DNA from: Macrostomum lignano
Taxonomy: Eukaryota
Assembly (NCBI GenBank): GCA_002269645.1
Contig: NIVC01001343.1
Coordinates: 245,956 to 309,955 of the forward strand
Direction: 5' to 3'
DNA: 64,000 nucleotides
Part shown: positions 1 to 20,906 of the stretch, piece after piece
How positions within the stretch are numbered: position 1 is the first letter of the stretch
Layout: each line of letters opens with the position of its first letter
Program-made: the position numbers and the translations under genes
Notes under the pieces: generated by a model
The model's database searches: none
Seen by the model: the letters and a program-made list of their open reading frames with translations, nothing else
What the model was told of the DNA's origin: nothing

Positions 1-690
1 TAGTGACAGGTGTGTTCACTCATCATAGTGAAAGGTGTGCTCACTCATCATAGTGAAAGGTGTATTCACTCATCATTGTGACAGGTGTTTTGCTCACTCA
101 TCATAGTGACAGGTGTTTTGCTCACTCATAATAGTGACAGGTGTTTTGTTCACTCATCACTGTGACAGGTGTTTTGCTCACTAATCATTGTGACAGGTGT
201 TTTGCTCACTCATCATTGTGACAGGTGTTTTGCTCACTCATCATAGTGACAGGTGTTTTGCTCACTCATAATAGTGACAGGTGTTTTGTTCACTCATCAC
301 TGTGACAGGTGTTTTGCTCACTAATCATTGTGACAGGTGTTTTGCTCACTCATCATTGTGACAGGTGTTTTGCTCACTCATCATAGTGACAGGTGTTTTG
401 CTCACTCATCATAGTGACAGGTGTTTTGTTCACTCATCACTGTGACAGGTGTTTTGCTCACTCATCATAGTGAAAGGTGTGTTCACTCATCATTGTGACA
501 GGTGTTTTGCTCACTCATTATAGTGACAGGCGTTTTGCTCACTCATTATAGTGACAGGTGTTTTGTTCACTCATCATTGTGACGGGTGTTTTGTTCACTC
601 ATCACTGTGACAGGTGTTTTGCTCCCTCATCATTGTGACGGGTGTTTTGCTCACTCATCATTGTGACGGGTGTTTTGCTCACTCACTCAT
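1..690. repeat. About 30-bp minisatellite (tgacaggtgttttgctcactcatcatag)
   Basis: Direct tandem copies in a KIF28 intron. Confidence 0.95.
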
Positions 691-758
691 CAAAGTTTAA
701 TTCACAAAATTCAAACTGAATTATAATCTCATCGAGAATTCTAATTCACAAAGCTCAC

Positions 759-8575
<7,817 letters not shown>

Positions 8576-10134
8576 CGTAATTTTACTGACAGATTTTTTG
8601 GCTGAAAAAGTAATAAGCGATGTTCTTGAAGCATTAATTTGATGGTGATCAGCGATTAACTAATGCTTGTCTTAGAAAAAAGTCATGTAACGACTGACTG
8701 ATGTCGTTATATGTAGAGTTATAATCTTATTAGAAAAGAAGTAACACTCTACGTTATGTTGTCGAGAGTCGAGACTTAGAGATTAGTCTACGAAACGAAC
8801 GTTTCGTACAATGTCAGATAATTAGTACATTTGTATGTAAAGACAAAAAGCTTTTAAACTTACCACAAAGTGTATTTATTGCTTCTACCAACAAAACTAT
8901 ATTTGACCCGAGCTCATAAAAGTTATTTTACTGAGCACTATAATGATAAACCTGTGTTAAATCATATGACCATATAGTTATAAAATATTCTGAAACGTAG
9001 AAAAAACAGAACTATTGAACGAGACTAAATTCGTGCATCAACCTTTTTAGTATTTGTGTTAAAGTTTGCTGTAATTGTACAATGAAACAGTTAAAATTTC
9101 TTAAAGTTTTAAAATAAATTATATAAAAAAACTAATTTTACTGGAAAACATCGTCAACAAAATTTTGTTTCTCTGCGTCAGTTTTAATATTGAGTCAGTA
9201 GCAATTTTAAACGCGGTCTTTTGGACCCATTTTTAGAAAGTCTACCAACTGAATGAGAGCTTATTTATTCGGCACCGGCGTGCTGGATATTCTATAGGAA
9301 GTAAGAAATGTATTTTTCGCCTAGTTATTTTGCTTTAGAAATTGTAAAAGCTCTCAATATGCGCTATTTTCATCAAAATCATAGCCTCGATTTAGCTAAT
9401 TTTGATCTAATCATATCCATTCCATACCGAACAGCTTCAATGAAGTTCAGTCATAAACAGAAATTTTCTAAAATTGTTACTTAAAACAGTTTTTTGGGGG
9501 TAAGATAACCGCTTACTTGTATTTCATGCAATAAGGCGAGAATTGTATATAAATGAAATAATTATCTTTCTGATTGTAACTTGTAACTTGTAAGTATTGT
9601 GTTCAAGTAAAAGTATTGTTTTCTTGAGGCAATTTATTTAAATGCTACTTTCGTTGGTTTATATTATCATGTCTTTAGCTAAGGCTAAAAAATCACATGC
9701 ACATATATTTTCTTAAGTTGAAGAAACGCAAGTTATCTATGAATTTTTAGTTTATCATCAATATCTAAGTATTTTTAAAATATCACCTGTGTGAAAAGAA
9801 ACATATCTTTTAATTGTTGCAATTTTTACTTTCAAAACTTTTAGATACTTTATTGCATGACAACTACTACGATTTGGATTTAATTAAGTTTACTGGACCT
9901 TGTGAAGCTGTCATATATAGAAAGCCACAATTTTCTCTTACACAAATGAATTACTTAATAATTTGTGTCTATAATTTGTATATATTATTTGAAATCCTAA
10001 TTGGCTAGATTGTAACTTTTATACAATTATAGAAAAAACTAACTATTAGCATTTAAACTAGAGAGGATCTATAGATTTTTTCTGAAATAAAAATTAAATC
10101 ATCCATTTTTTTCAGTAGAAAATATCCAACACTC

Positions 10135-13100
10135 ATGTCCACTGCAACAACCGACACAACCCAGACGCCGAAGACTCGCGTCCTTAGCAACCGCTACCGC
10201 GTGGTTCGCCAAATTGGCAAAGGCGCTTTCGGCACGGTGCACCTTGTTGAAGATTTGCGCAGCTCGGAAGAGAAATTCAAAGTGCTGAAAGAAGTTCAAA
10301 TTGGTGAAGTTGACCCGGATGAAACTCTGGAAGTTGTGCACGAGGCCAAGCTGCTTGGAAAGCTTGATCACTCAGCTATTCTGAAGTTTTACAATTGTTT
10401 TATGGGTAGGTTGGCTCATTAAGTATTTGTTTTCCTTTAAAAACAACTTTTCCCTGAAAAAAGATTGGGATTCCTCGTGGCAGTAAATTTTACAAACCGG
10501 TGACCTTGAAATCGGGATTCCCGTTGGGCAATCTTATAAGTAGGATTTCCTCGCCATTCAGTAGCATGGAAAGTGAGATTTTTTCATTTGATGACATCAT
10601 GGGTGGACTTTTCCATTAAGTGACCTTGAAAGTGAGGATTCTCTTTTGAGTGAAATTAAAAGTAGCTAAGGATGGATTTTCGCTGTGTCCCTGAAAGTAC
10701 GAGCTAGGATTTCCCGCTAAGTGACCTTGAAAGTACGATTTTCCGTCGAGCGACCTTGGAGTCAGGAATTCCGTTGCGCGACCTTAAAAGTAGGATTCCC
10801 CGTTGAGCGACCTTGAAAGTAAAGGCTTTCCAGTAAAGTTGACCTTAAAAGTAGAATTTTCCGGTAACCGACCTTGAAAGAATATAGGATTTCCTATTAA
10901 GCGACCTTGAAAGTAGGATGGTTTTCACTTGTGTGACCTTGAAAGAAATTTCCGCTTAATTACGTTGAAAATGATTCCGCCTTAAGTGACCTTGAAAGTA
11001 GAATTTGACTGTCCACTTGTGGCCTCCGATTTTTATTGATTCTTTTTTCGACAAAAACAACGCAGAGCCGCCGTCGTTTTGCATCGTGACCGAGTACTGC
11101 GACGAAGGCGACCTGGACCAGTGCATCAGCCGTCTGAAACAGGCAGGACACAACCTACCGGTGCAAACCACCATCCGATGGTTCATCCAAATCCTACTAG
11201 GCGTTGACTATTTGCACGGTCGACGAATTTTGCACAGAGATTTGAAAACTAAAAACATATTTTTGAAAAGTGGCACAGTGAAAATTGGCGACTTTGGCAT
11301 CTCGAGGGTGCTGATGAGCAACTCCGATATGGCGTCAACTTTTCTTGGCACGCCGTACTTTATGAGTCCGGAACTGCTCAAGCATGAGGGTGAGCTGGGG
11401 AGATCTGCGGCGTGCCATCTACTTCCCCATTCATTCTCTATTCTTACCTCTATTCTTTCTCTATTCTCACCTCCATACATTCTCTATTCTCACCTCCATT
11501 CATTTTCTATTCTCGCCTCCATACATTCTCTATTCCCACTCCCATTCATTCTCTATTCTCACTCCCATTCATTCTCTATTCTCACTCCCATTCATTCTCT
11601 ATTCTCACTCCCATTCATTCTCTATTCTCACTCCCATTCATTCTCTATTCTCACTCCCATTCATTCCCTATTCTCACTCCCATTCATTCTCTATTCTCAC
11701 TCCCATACATTATCTATTCCCACCTCCATTAATTCTCTATTCTCACCCCATTCATTCTCTATTCCCACTCCCATTCATTCTATTCTCACCCCATTCATTC
11801 TCTATTCCCACTCCCATTCATTCTATTCTCACCTCTATTCATTCTCTATTCTCCCCTCCATTAATTCTCTATTCTCACTCCCATTCATTCTCTATTCTCA
11901 CTCCCATTCATTCTCTATTCTCACCCCCATTCATTCTCTTTTCTCACCTCCATTCATTCTCCATTCTCATCCCATTCATTCTCTATTCTCACCTCCATTC
12001 ATTCTCTACTCTCACCCAAATTCATTCTCTATTCCCACCCGCCCCGACCTGTTCCAGGCTACAACGCCAAAAGCGACATTTGGAGTGTCGGCTGCATTCT
12101 ATACGAGATGTGCGCCCTGGAGCACGCATTCAAAGGCGCTGGTCTGATGGGGATTCTGTTCAGCATCTGTGGCAACCCCTGCCCGGTGATCCCAGACCGC
12201 TACCCTCCCGAGCTGCAGGCGGTTCTGGAGAAGATGCTAGCCAAAGATCCGCAGGACCGACTCAGCGCCAGAGAGGTGCTCAAAGAGCCGTTCATACGCG
12301 AGCAGATGCAGAGCCTGCGCGAGGCTGTTGAGTCTCAGAGCGGTGGCAACCGGCAGCAACAGCTGCTGATGGAGGAGACAATCAACGAAGCCGAAAGCAA
12401 AAACCTACTATCCGTGCTGCAGGAGAAACCAACGCTCAACAGTCTGGAGTTCGAATCCCGAGCGATGGCGGCGGCCGCAGCGGCTGCCGCTGAAGTCACT
12501 CTGAAGCCCAACAGCGACACGGTACGGCAGAAGGTCAAGGGACCCGGCCAGGCCGGTGGAGACTTCAATGCCCTCAGCCCGCACCAGAAGATGCTGTTGC
12601 GAAAGCAACGCGAGGCAGACGACCGCGCCAGAGAGCTGGCCACACAGGCCGCCGAGACGAGCCGTAGAAACGCCGAGCTGGCTAAGAAGTTCGGCAATCG
12701 GACTTTTCGACCGAGCGGCAGCGAAGGCAGAACGGCGTTTCCTCAGCCGCAAGACGACCTGCCAGTGCGGAACCAACGCTTCTTGGAGGAGCAGCAGCAG
12801 CAGAGGCAACAGCAGAAGCACACCGCTTGGGAGTCGCATGACTACGAGCCTCGCCACAATGAAGGTCGCCGAGATTCTGAAGAAGACTATTACGGCAATG
12901 ACGGGGATGACAGCGACGAGGAAGACGATCTGGTGCCGGCCAGTCTGGCTCGACGGCAGCCGACTCGGCCAACTGCCGTGGCTTCAAGCAGAGACGAGCG
13001 GCCCATCACGCCGATGAAAATTGACCTCTATCAGCAGATGAATAGGGCTGGCAGTTTTAAAGAGGCCGCCATGGAGAATGAAGAGCTGGCTGACACCTAC

Positions 13101-14484
13101 TATCAGGTGCTGGACTAATTTTGATTTTAGTCACTTTATATAGCATAGCATAGAATAGCATAGAACTTTATAGCGTAGAATTATTGGTGATAAGTCATAG
13201 AGATATGAAATCGACACTCCCCAAAAAACGGGGCCCGGGGGAACATCAAAATTTTTAGAAAATCGGCAGAAAATTTTCGATAGTTTCCAAATATGTACAG
13301 GACCTGTCACGACTGTCTTAGTCATTTTTTAGTTCATCTGCACTTGTCTCTGTTTACTCTATTTCTCTCGAGTCTCCGTATCTGTCTGGTTCAGTCTTGT
13401 TATTTTTCTCTCTCTCTATCCATCGCTGCCTTCTGATTGGCTCTTCAATCTCGCCTCCTTGTCTTATCTAGAAAGGAGGGGTGGAGTGCGCGATTGAGGA
13501 AAGAGACGAGATTGAAGAGCCAATCAGAAGGCAGCGAGGGATAGAGAGAAAAAATAACAAGACTGAACTAGAAGACAGAGAGGGAGAGATAACAGAGTCA
13601 GCAGAAACAAATGCATATGAACTAAGAAATGTCTAAGAAAGTCGATTAGATAGCAATAACAAGATTAAACTGGACAGAGAGGGAGAGGGATAAGAAAAGG
13701 AGGGGTGGAGTGCGCGATTAAGGAAAGAGGCGAGATTGAACCATTTCAAACCATTCTGACAAAAAATTCTAACAAATTAAAAGAAACTGATGTCATTTAA
13801 TAGTGTCAAATTTCAAAACAAAATGACATTTAATTTTTTTATCTAATCGGCAATGAAAAAGTAAAAAAATTCTTACATCTACATCTTTTACATTTACATT
13901 TGATTTCATTTTATTTACATCTTTTACATGAGGTTATACATGTAGCTACAGTCAGGTCTACCTGGTTTCAGGATGGAAAATTTAGCATATTGATGAGTGT
14001 ACACTTTCGACAATGTAACTAGTCCACAAACATTGATTGCGAACCGCCTCCATTGTCCCAAAAACAGGCCATGGCCGATTTCGAAGACGACTTCGACGAC
14101 TACGAAGACGACGACGAAGACAACGTCCAGGTGACGCTGAAATTCGCTAAGGAGCTGGACGGTGCACTCGGCAGCGGTGGCCTCGGCGGCACCCGCGGCG
14201 GCCGGCTTGAAAGAACCTTCGAGAACCGGACAGACGTCGCCACCGAGCGGGTGTTTGGCCGGGAGGGTCGGGAGACGATGCTGCAGAAGCTGCGGGATCA
14301 GTGCCGGCATGCCGCTGAGCTCAACGGCTTCAGCTACGATGAGGTGTACAGCTTCCTCAAAAAGAATTTGGACGCGTCCTACTCGGTGAAGTCGCAGGGT
14401 CTGCAGAGACTCACTGGCAATCAGATGTCGGCTGCGTTTCCTTTTGAGCAGCTGGTGTTTCTGGAGTCCGTTGACTCTGCGTGA
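10135..14484 (+). CDS. NEK11: NIMA-related kinase NEK11-like, about 686 aa
   Basis: Exons 10135-10405, 11066-11389, 12058-13106 and about 14068-14484 (alternative acceptor 14023). Motifs: GKGAFG, KVLKEV, WFIQILLGVDYLH, HRDLKTKN, DFG, GTPYFMSPE, KSDIWS. Acidic tail after TYYQ and C-terminal EQLVFLE match the NEK11 layout. Confidence 0.88.
10490..11000. repeat. Degenerate about 40-bp tandem repeat with core gtgaccttgaaagt
   Basis: About 11 degenerate copies in NEK11 intron 1. Confidence 0.8.
11405..12035. repeat. 23-bp minisatellite (cattcattctctattctcactcc)
   Basis: Fills NEK11 intron 2. Confidence 0.95.
13310..13644. mobile_element. Foldback/MITE-like element in NEK11 intron 3
   Basis: Imperfect inverted arms of about 145 bp (13310-13457 and 13503-13644) with a short spacer. 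The spacer region is repeated at about 13696-13740. Confidence 0.65.
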
Positions 14485-14640
14485 GAGTGAAACTGCGGGC
14501 TTGTGCTGACATGCATAACTGCGAGTCTTCTGCTGCCGCATCCATCACACCTGCACTGGGCTGTGCGGCTCTTCACTGCCTACTGCTTCATGTTTGATAA
14601 TGTACTCATTTTGCTAATCTGCTTTTAGTTTTAGTTCTGA

Positions 14641-14900
<260 letters not shown>

Positions 14901-15901
14901 AATCAGTCGCCTTCAACCGGAGTCTTCATTCCTCTCTGTGCCTTGAAATTTGCTCCGACAGCACAGAACCAGTTTTCTTACTGTTTTTGTGTGTCTCCAA
15001 GGATTTCAGAATACTAGCTGTTTCACAATTTCCTTTCATTGGCACCAACTTTTTTATTGTTTTTAGCAAGCAATCAGTTCACATGCTGATAGTAGTGTAA
15101 ATTGTGTTTGTTTTAATACTTGATATGTATCGAAAGTTGATTAGCCAGTTAGACGGACAACACGGATAATCCCGATATTAAACCGTTTGATGTGCCTCTG
15201 AACATTGTCATAAAGACTGTTTTGTTTTGTTATAGAAATGGTCTCCAGTGTCAAGTTTTAAGTGCAGTATACCATGCGACGCCATCTATATCTATATTTA
15301 CCAGAATGAGATAAGTTAAAAGTGCACTGAACTGCCGTTAACTGTTTGTAATAATTTTGAATATAATTTGCAAACGAATCAACCATTTTTCCATTGCTAC
15401 TTGTCAAACTCAAGTGTTTGATTTAAACGCATTCATAAAAGTGTTATAAATATAACAAAATCGTCATCTTTCCGGTCCAAAAAGTCGTTCGACTGTAAAT
15501 TATTGTAACTCATTAAAGAGACCTAAAATATAAGCAAATTTACTTATTTACCTTTGTGAAGTGTAAATTTGTTTTTGATTGATTAAGCAGTGAACCAATA
15601 AAGTGTCTGTAGGGCTAGAGTTAGAATTAAAATAAAATTAAATTAAAGTACAGGTAAGCAGATGAAAAACAATTAAAGCCTGAATGTTACGCATTGGGTC
15701 ATACATTTTTTTAAATTTTCACTGCCAGAGCTCTTCCGATCTAGCAGTATGTACATGTATGTATGTATATGTACCTGCTACTTAAACTGCTTATACTAAC
15801 TACCTAATAAATCGTACAATTTTTATAGTATCAACAGACAAAATGTGATAAATTACCAGCATATGTCTGTGTTAGCGAGCGACAGCCCATCGCTCTTGCA
15901 G

Positions 15902-18741
15902 TCACGATGAGGCACTCAGGAAGCTGTGCCCCAGCAGCTCCGCGGTGTCCGCTCGCTTCCTCGGGTCATAGTCTACGCACCTGAGGTAGAAGTCCTTCAG
16001 GCCGGCTGAGAACCCGTCCGCAATCCGAGGCATCTCCTGCTTCATCAATCTTCGAATGTTAATACTTTCACTTGGCTTGTCCCCATCAGGAGGCTGCATG
16101 GCCGTCATCTCATACACGGTGCAGCCGAAGGCCCACACGTCGGTCTTGGCTGAGTACGGAAGTGATTGGACTTCTATGTCGAACAGCTCCGGAGCCATGA
16201 AGTAGGTGGTGCCTTTTGGACCGAAGCCTGTGCTCAGACCGCTGCTCTTCCCGACCTCCTTGGCCAAACCGAAGTCGATCAGCTTGATGACGCCCTCGTT
16301 GGTGAGCATCACGTTGTTGCAGTTTATATCCCGGTGCAAGATGGCGCCCTCCAGATTGCAGTGCAGGAAGTTCAGACCTGAGCAGATCTGCAGATAAAGT
16401 TGCAACTATTAATTTTGGATGCCAACACACTGATCCCACACTGATCCCTCACCGATTCCACACTGATCCCAGGCTGATCCCACACTGATCCCACACTAAT
16501 CCCATACTGATCCCACACCGATCCCACACTAATCTCACACTGATCTCACACTGATCCCACCCATGCCAGGCAATGCCACAGAACCCAGAGACGCACCTGT
16601 CTGGAGAAGTCCCTGACCCCGGACTCCTTGAACGGCTTGTTCTGACGCTGCATCAGCTCAAAGAGGCTGTGACCCGAGACCAGCTCGGTGAAGATGTACA
16701 GCCCATCCGACTTCTGCTCGCACTTGAGGAACTGCACAATGTTGGGATGTGAAATTCGCTTGAGGATCTCAACTCCCCGCTTCTCCATCAGAATTATCTT
16801 CAGTTTCCCTGCAGCTTGCCTCGCATGGCTCAGTGGTAATTTTTTGACAGCCACCGTCTGGTTGCGGTCTGTGAGAGCCTTGTACACCTTGCCGAATCCA
16901 CCACGGCCGATGAGCTGCTTCTTGTTGTCCTGCCGGATGAAGTCCCAGTCGGTGAAGTTGGGGTCCAGCTGCTTCCTGACGCTGAAAATATGAGGTGAAG
17001 GAATTCGTTAAATTTTGTGTGGCTTGGGGCTTTCTGAGTACTTTGGAGTCACTCAGCCTTCTGCATCACCACCCTTCTGCGTCCCCACCATTCTGTGCCA
17101 CCATATTTTAAGCGCGGACTCACCGAGTCTCCTCAGGCGGTTCCACCTCGGATGCCGAAGTCGGTCCAGGCGGCGGCTCGACGCGGTCCCGAGCTCGCGG
17201 GCGGGGACGCGGAGCTGCAGCTCTGTGGGGGCGAATGAGGGGCGTACCTGAGTACGATGACTTAAATGACTTAAAGAGTAGAATGAAAGTATAACGATCT
17301 TTAAGCTACTCAAAACTCAGGCTGCTGACAAATTAAATGCTTTGTAGAAGTTCTCAGTCAGGACTCACCCAGCTGAGGCGGCAGTCGGCGCTGAGCTGCC
17401 AGCGGGAGGCCAAGAGGCTTCGAGCCGCCGCTGCGTGGAGGAAATCCAGGCCTGCTTTGCTGACCGGTCTGTGTAGCACCGCCGACTCTCAACAGCATCA
17501 GCCGGTGTTCTGCCCCACATGTTCTTCAAGCTGAACATTTCGGCTCCGATTTGGTCAAAAATGAACTGAAGAGAGTCTACTGGCTGATGCTGAGCGGCCC
17601 AATGGACGACCGTGTCACAGCACCAATAGTCAGGAACTGTGAGACAGTCGCTGCCGAGCTCCTTCACCAGCCACTTCAGATTTGAATTGTCAGAATTCAT
17701 AGCAGCAAAATGAAATGTTGTAAAACCCCCTTCTACCTTCAGCCGAAAGCACTCAGTTCCGATCTGTCTCTTGATCCACTCCAGCGACTCGACGCCCTGA
17801 TGTATAGCGGTCAAATGGACGGCCGTGCTACCGTATCTGTCAGGAACTGTGAGACAGTCGCTGTCGAGCTCCTTCACCAGCCACTCCAAATTTGAACCTT
17901 CAGACTTCTGAGCAGCAAAATGAAATGATGCTGTACCACTGTTTGACTTTAGCCGAAAGCAGTCTGTTCCGATCTGTCTCTTGATCCACTCCAGTGACTC
18001 GATGCCCTGATGCTTCGTGGCAAAATGAACGGCCGTGTCACCGTCTCTGTCAGGAACTGTGAGACAGGCGCTGCCGAGCTCCTTCACCAGCCACTTCAGA
18101 TTTGAATTGTCAGACTTCTGAGCAGCAATGTGAAATGCTGTTCTATCACTCTTTGTCTTTAGCCGAAAGCAGTCAGTTCCAATCTGTCTCTTGATCTACT
18201 CCAGTGACTCGATGCCCTGATGCTGAGCGGCCAAATGGACCGCCATGTTACCGGCTTTGTCAGGAACTGTGAGACAGTCGCTGCCGAGCTCCTTCACCAG
18301 CCATTTCAGACAAGAGTTGCTTTTTCTGTTCCCAGCGGCAAAGTGAGCGACTCTCTTTCCACATCTATCGACAATTCTCAAGCAACCTCTGCCTCCCTTC
18401 TCTTTAACCAGCTTCATCCAAGTTTCGTCCTGATGCTGGGCTGCCAAGTGCACTGGAGTCTCACCCCTACCATTTCTTAATTTCAGACATCCGGGTCCGA
18501 ATCTGTCAATCAGTAGCTCCAGGCACGACAATCTCACCGGCTTGCAGGCCACGTGATGGACCAGCGGCATTTTGCGAAGCTCTTCAAAAGGAAAGTCTTG
18601 CTTGTCGAACCCGCCCACCTCCAGCTCGATGTTGCTGCCGACCTCACCGCACAGGAGCTGCAGCTCCTCGCTGTCTCCAGCCTCCAGTGTCGCTCTCAGC
18701 TTCCGCTCCATCTCCATGGATACACTCCAAGCGTTCCCCAT
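15902..18741 (-). pseudogene. Ankyrin-repeat + protein kinase gene, copy A (about 10 ANK repeats, Pro-rich linker, STE/MAP3K-like kinase); in-frame TAG at 18196-18198
   Basis: Exons 17369-18741, 17124-17222, 16597-16981, 15902-16387 splice in frame (781 codons). Kinase motifs GRGGFG, VAVK, HRDINCNN, DFG, APE. TGG>TAG at a Trp position of the repeat; the frame stays open on both sides. Pseudogene status is uncertain. Confidence 0.8.
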
Positions 18742-19739
18742 GCTGGCTTCTCCTAGCAGCGCTTCTCTGCCGATCTGCTGTCTGCCGCAGCTGTTCCACA
18801 CGGCTTCAAACTGAGTGCTTTGCTCTTCTTCAAGCGAATTTGCCTGCCAGCTCAGCAGCAGCAGCAAAAGTCCCGTTGTCACGGACTGAAATCTCTGAGC
18901 TCTCCCTGTGCAGAGAAATTTGTTTAAATGGACTGAGGCCGATTCTCTTCTCTGACCCAGCGGCTGTGTTTGAGGCCTGATTGGGTGCCAGGGGGTCCGG
19001 CAGCTGCTCTGCTCAGCGGGGTGAGAGATGCAGGAGCAGTGAGATGCTGCGAGCTCTGCTGAGTTAAACAATGAGAGCTGACTGTGGCTGCGTGCTCGGC
19101 ATAGCAAGTGCATTGTCAGTGGGCAGGGGTGAAGGGGCGGCAGCTGAGACACGAGGGGAGAGATGGAGAGGGGAGGTAGGGCAGGGCTGAGGCCTTGATT
19201 CAAGCAGAGTTCTGTGATTATTTTTAATTTAGTTTGCAGATGAGATGCATGGCAAATATTTTGCTGAAAATGCTTGACTCAGGATTTTTCTGTTGCTGAA
19301 TTCAAATGAATGGAAAATTCCGCTTGGGTTTGCCACTGACACTTTACATCAGTATCTAACATGTGACATCAGTATCTAACAGGTTTCCGGGCTCTTCTGC
19401 TAATATTTTCTGTAATTTTCGTTTGAATTTGATTGTAAAATTTCCAATTCCCGAGTTAGACAAAGCGAAATAAATATTGCAGGAGTAATGGCAATTCAAG
19501 TAATAAATATTAGAGGAAAGGAGGACAGGAGTAAAAAGCACTCGCAAAAAGAGCTGGAGGCAGGTGTAAAAGTAAATCAATTTTAAGCAATTAAAAAAAT
19601 TAAAACAATTCAACAATACAAATGAAAAATGATTACTAATACAAATTTTAGAGGTGTAAAAAACTGTTTACGCGCTACAGTGCAAAGAGGAATATGGGGT
19701 GATTAGCCAAACAAATAATATAAGTGGGGTATTTTTCAT

Positions 19740-20906
19740 TGTAGTCAGTATGAGTCTTGAAAGAGGCAATGTTTGGGAAGCTGGGAGGAGGCCTATATCC
19801 CCAGCGAGGTCCTGAGATCAATATTTCAAGTTATTCATGGCTCTTCTGAGTTTGGTGGTAGCAGGGACTCTATGGTCGGCGGCCTGCTCCAATCTTTGAG
19901 GTCAAAGCTATGGAACCCTTTTGTGACTTTTTTATGCCATATTTTAACCAGGATCCATATTCCCTCTTTAAACCTGGGCATCTTGCTGGAATCATGCAGT
20001 AAGTAGCTGATTTTAGTGTACTTAGGCGCATCAAGGGAAATCCTGAGCGTCCGGTTTTGGAGGACCTGAAGTTAATTATGAAGTATGTAATGCCGCTCTC
20101 AATGTAAGACCCGTGAATCAGTCTGAGCGCAAGTTAAGTTGGGCGATCCTGGTACTCCGAGCGATCCTTCTTATTGAGTTGAGCCTGGGCATTGTGATGC
20201 CAGCCGTTCTGGATAAAGTTGAGTACATCTAGGAAGACAGCAGAATCAAAGTATTGGATGTCTTCCTGACCAGGTTTGATGGACGGCTTATCAAGACCTG
20301 TGATGTGCGTGATTTCCTTTAAACTTAAAGAGACAGGCTTGCTTTTCGCTGGATTGATAGTGATGCAAACGTCACCCAGCCATTTTTTCTATGTGATGAA
20401 GCAGCCATTGAGTCTCTATCGAGCTGACAAGCACAATGAAGAGGAGTCGAGACAACACCCCACCTTGAGAGGAACGCCAGCAGCCGACTTGAAGGCTTCG
20501 CTGACAGCTCCACCTACCTGAATTCGAATTCCCTGTCGTCAAGGTAACTGGAAACTATATTCTGACCAATGTTGTGAGGAATGTCACATTCGAGAATCCT
20601 TTGCCTAAGATAGCTATTAGCTGCATGCCAGACGCCATCAAAGACACATAATGACGTAAATGGTATAGTTTTTAAGCCTGGAGTATATCCAGCACATCAT
20701 CTGAGAGTCGCAACATGTTGTCGAATGTACAACTGGTCTGCATTGATTATTCCTTTGTTTTCAATTATGATTAGCAGATTTCTTGCAATTACCTTTTCAT
20801 AGAGTTTACACAGGCAAGAGGCTAAACTAATTGGTCTGTAGCTAATTATGTCAGTAGTAGGATCATTGCGCCCACGGTCATAACCTACCAGCACCTCCAC
20901 TGACAA
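19740..20906 (-). mobile_element. Degenerate non-LTR retrotransposon (LINE) reverse transcriptase remnant
   Basis: Frameshifted RT motifs: YRPISLASCLCKLYEKVI (about 20780-20845), AGVP/QGGVLSRLLFIV (about 20433-20480) and post-RT LQVLQNRTLRISLDAPKYTKI (about 19990-20072). Confidence 0.8.

Noticed and set aside
17008-17010. Second premature stop (TAA) in copy A, compared with ORF 27224..27730 of copy B
   Set aside because: It lies upstream of the ttttcag acceptor at 16982 and is therefore intronic; the splice phases work without this segment.
17124-17247. Longer linker exon in copy A using the acceptor at 17248
   Set aside because: 124 nt would break the frame. The acceptor at 17223 gives 99 nt and matches the 87-nt exon in copy B.
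18196-18198. TAG reassignment (alternative genetic code)
   Set aside because: TAG serves as the normal terminator of the DD3-3-like gene, and no other in-frame TAG occurs in the gene models.
18742-19203. N-terminal extension of ANK-kinase A or B from upstream TTG/ATG starts in the ORF track
   Set aside because: The frames are not conserved between the paralogs upstream of the ATG region; likely UTR or promoter sequence.
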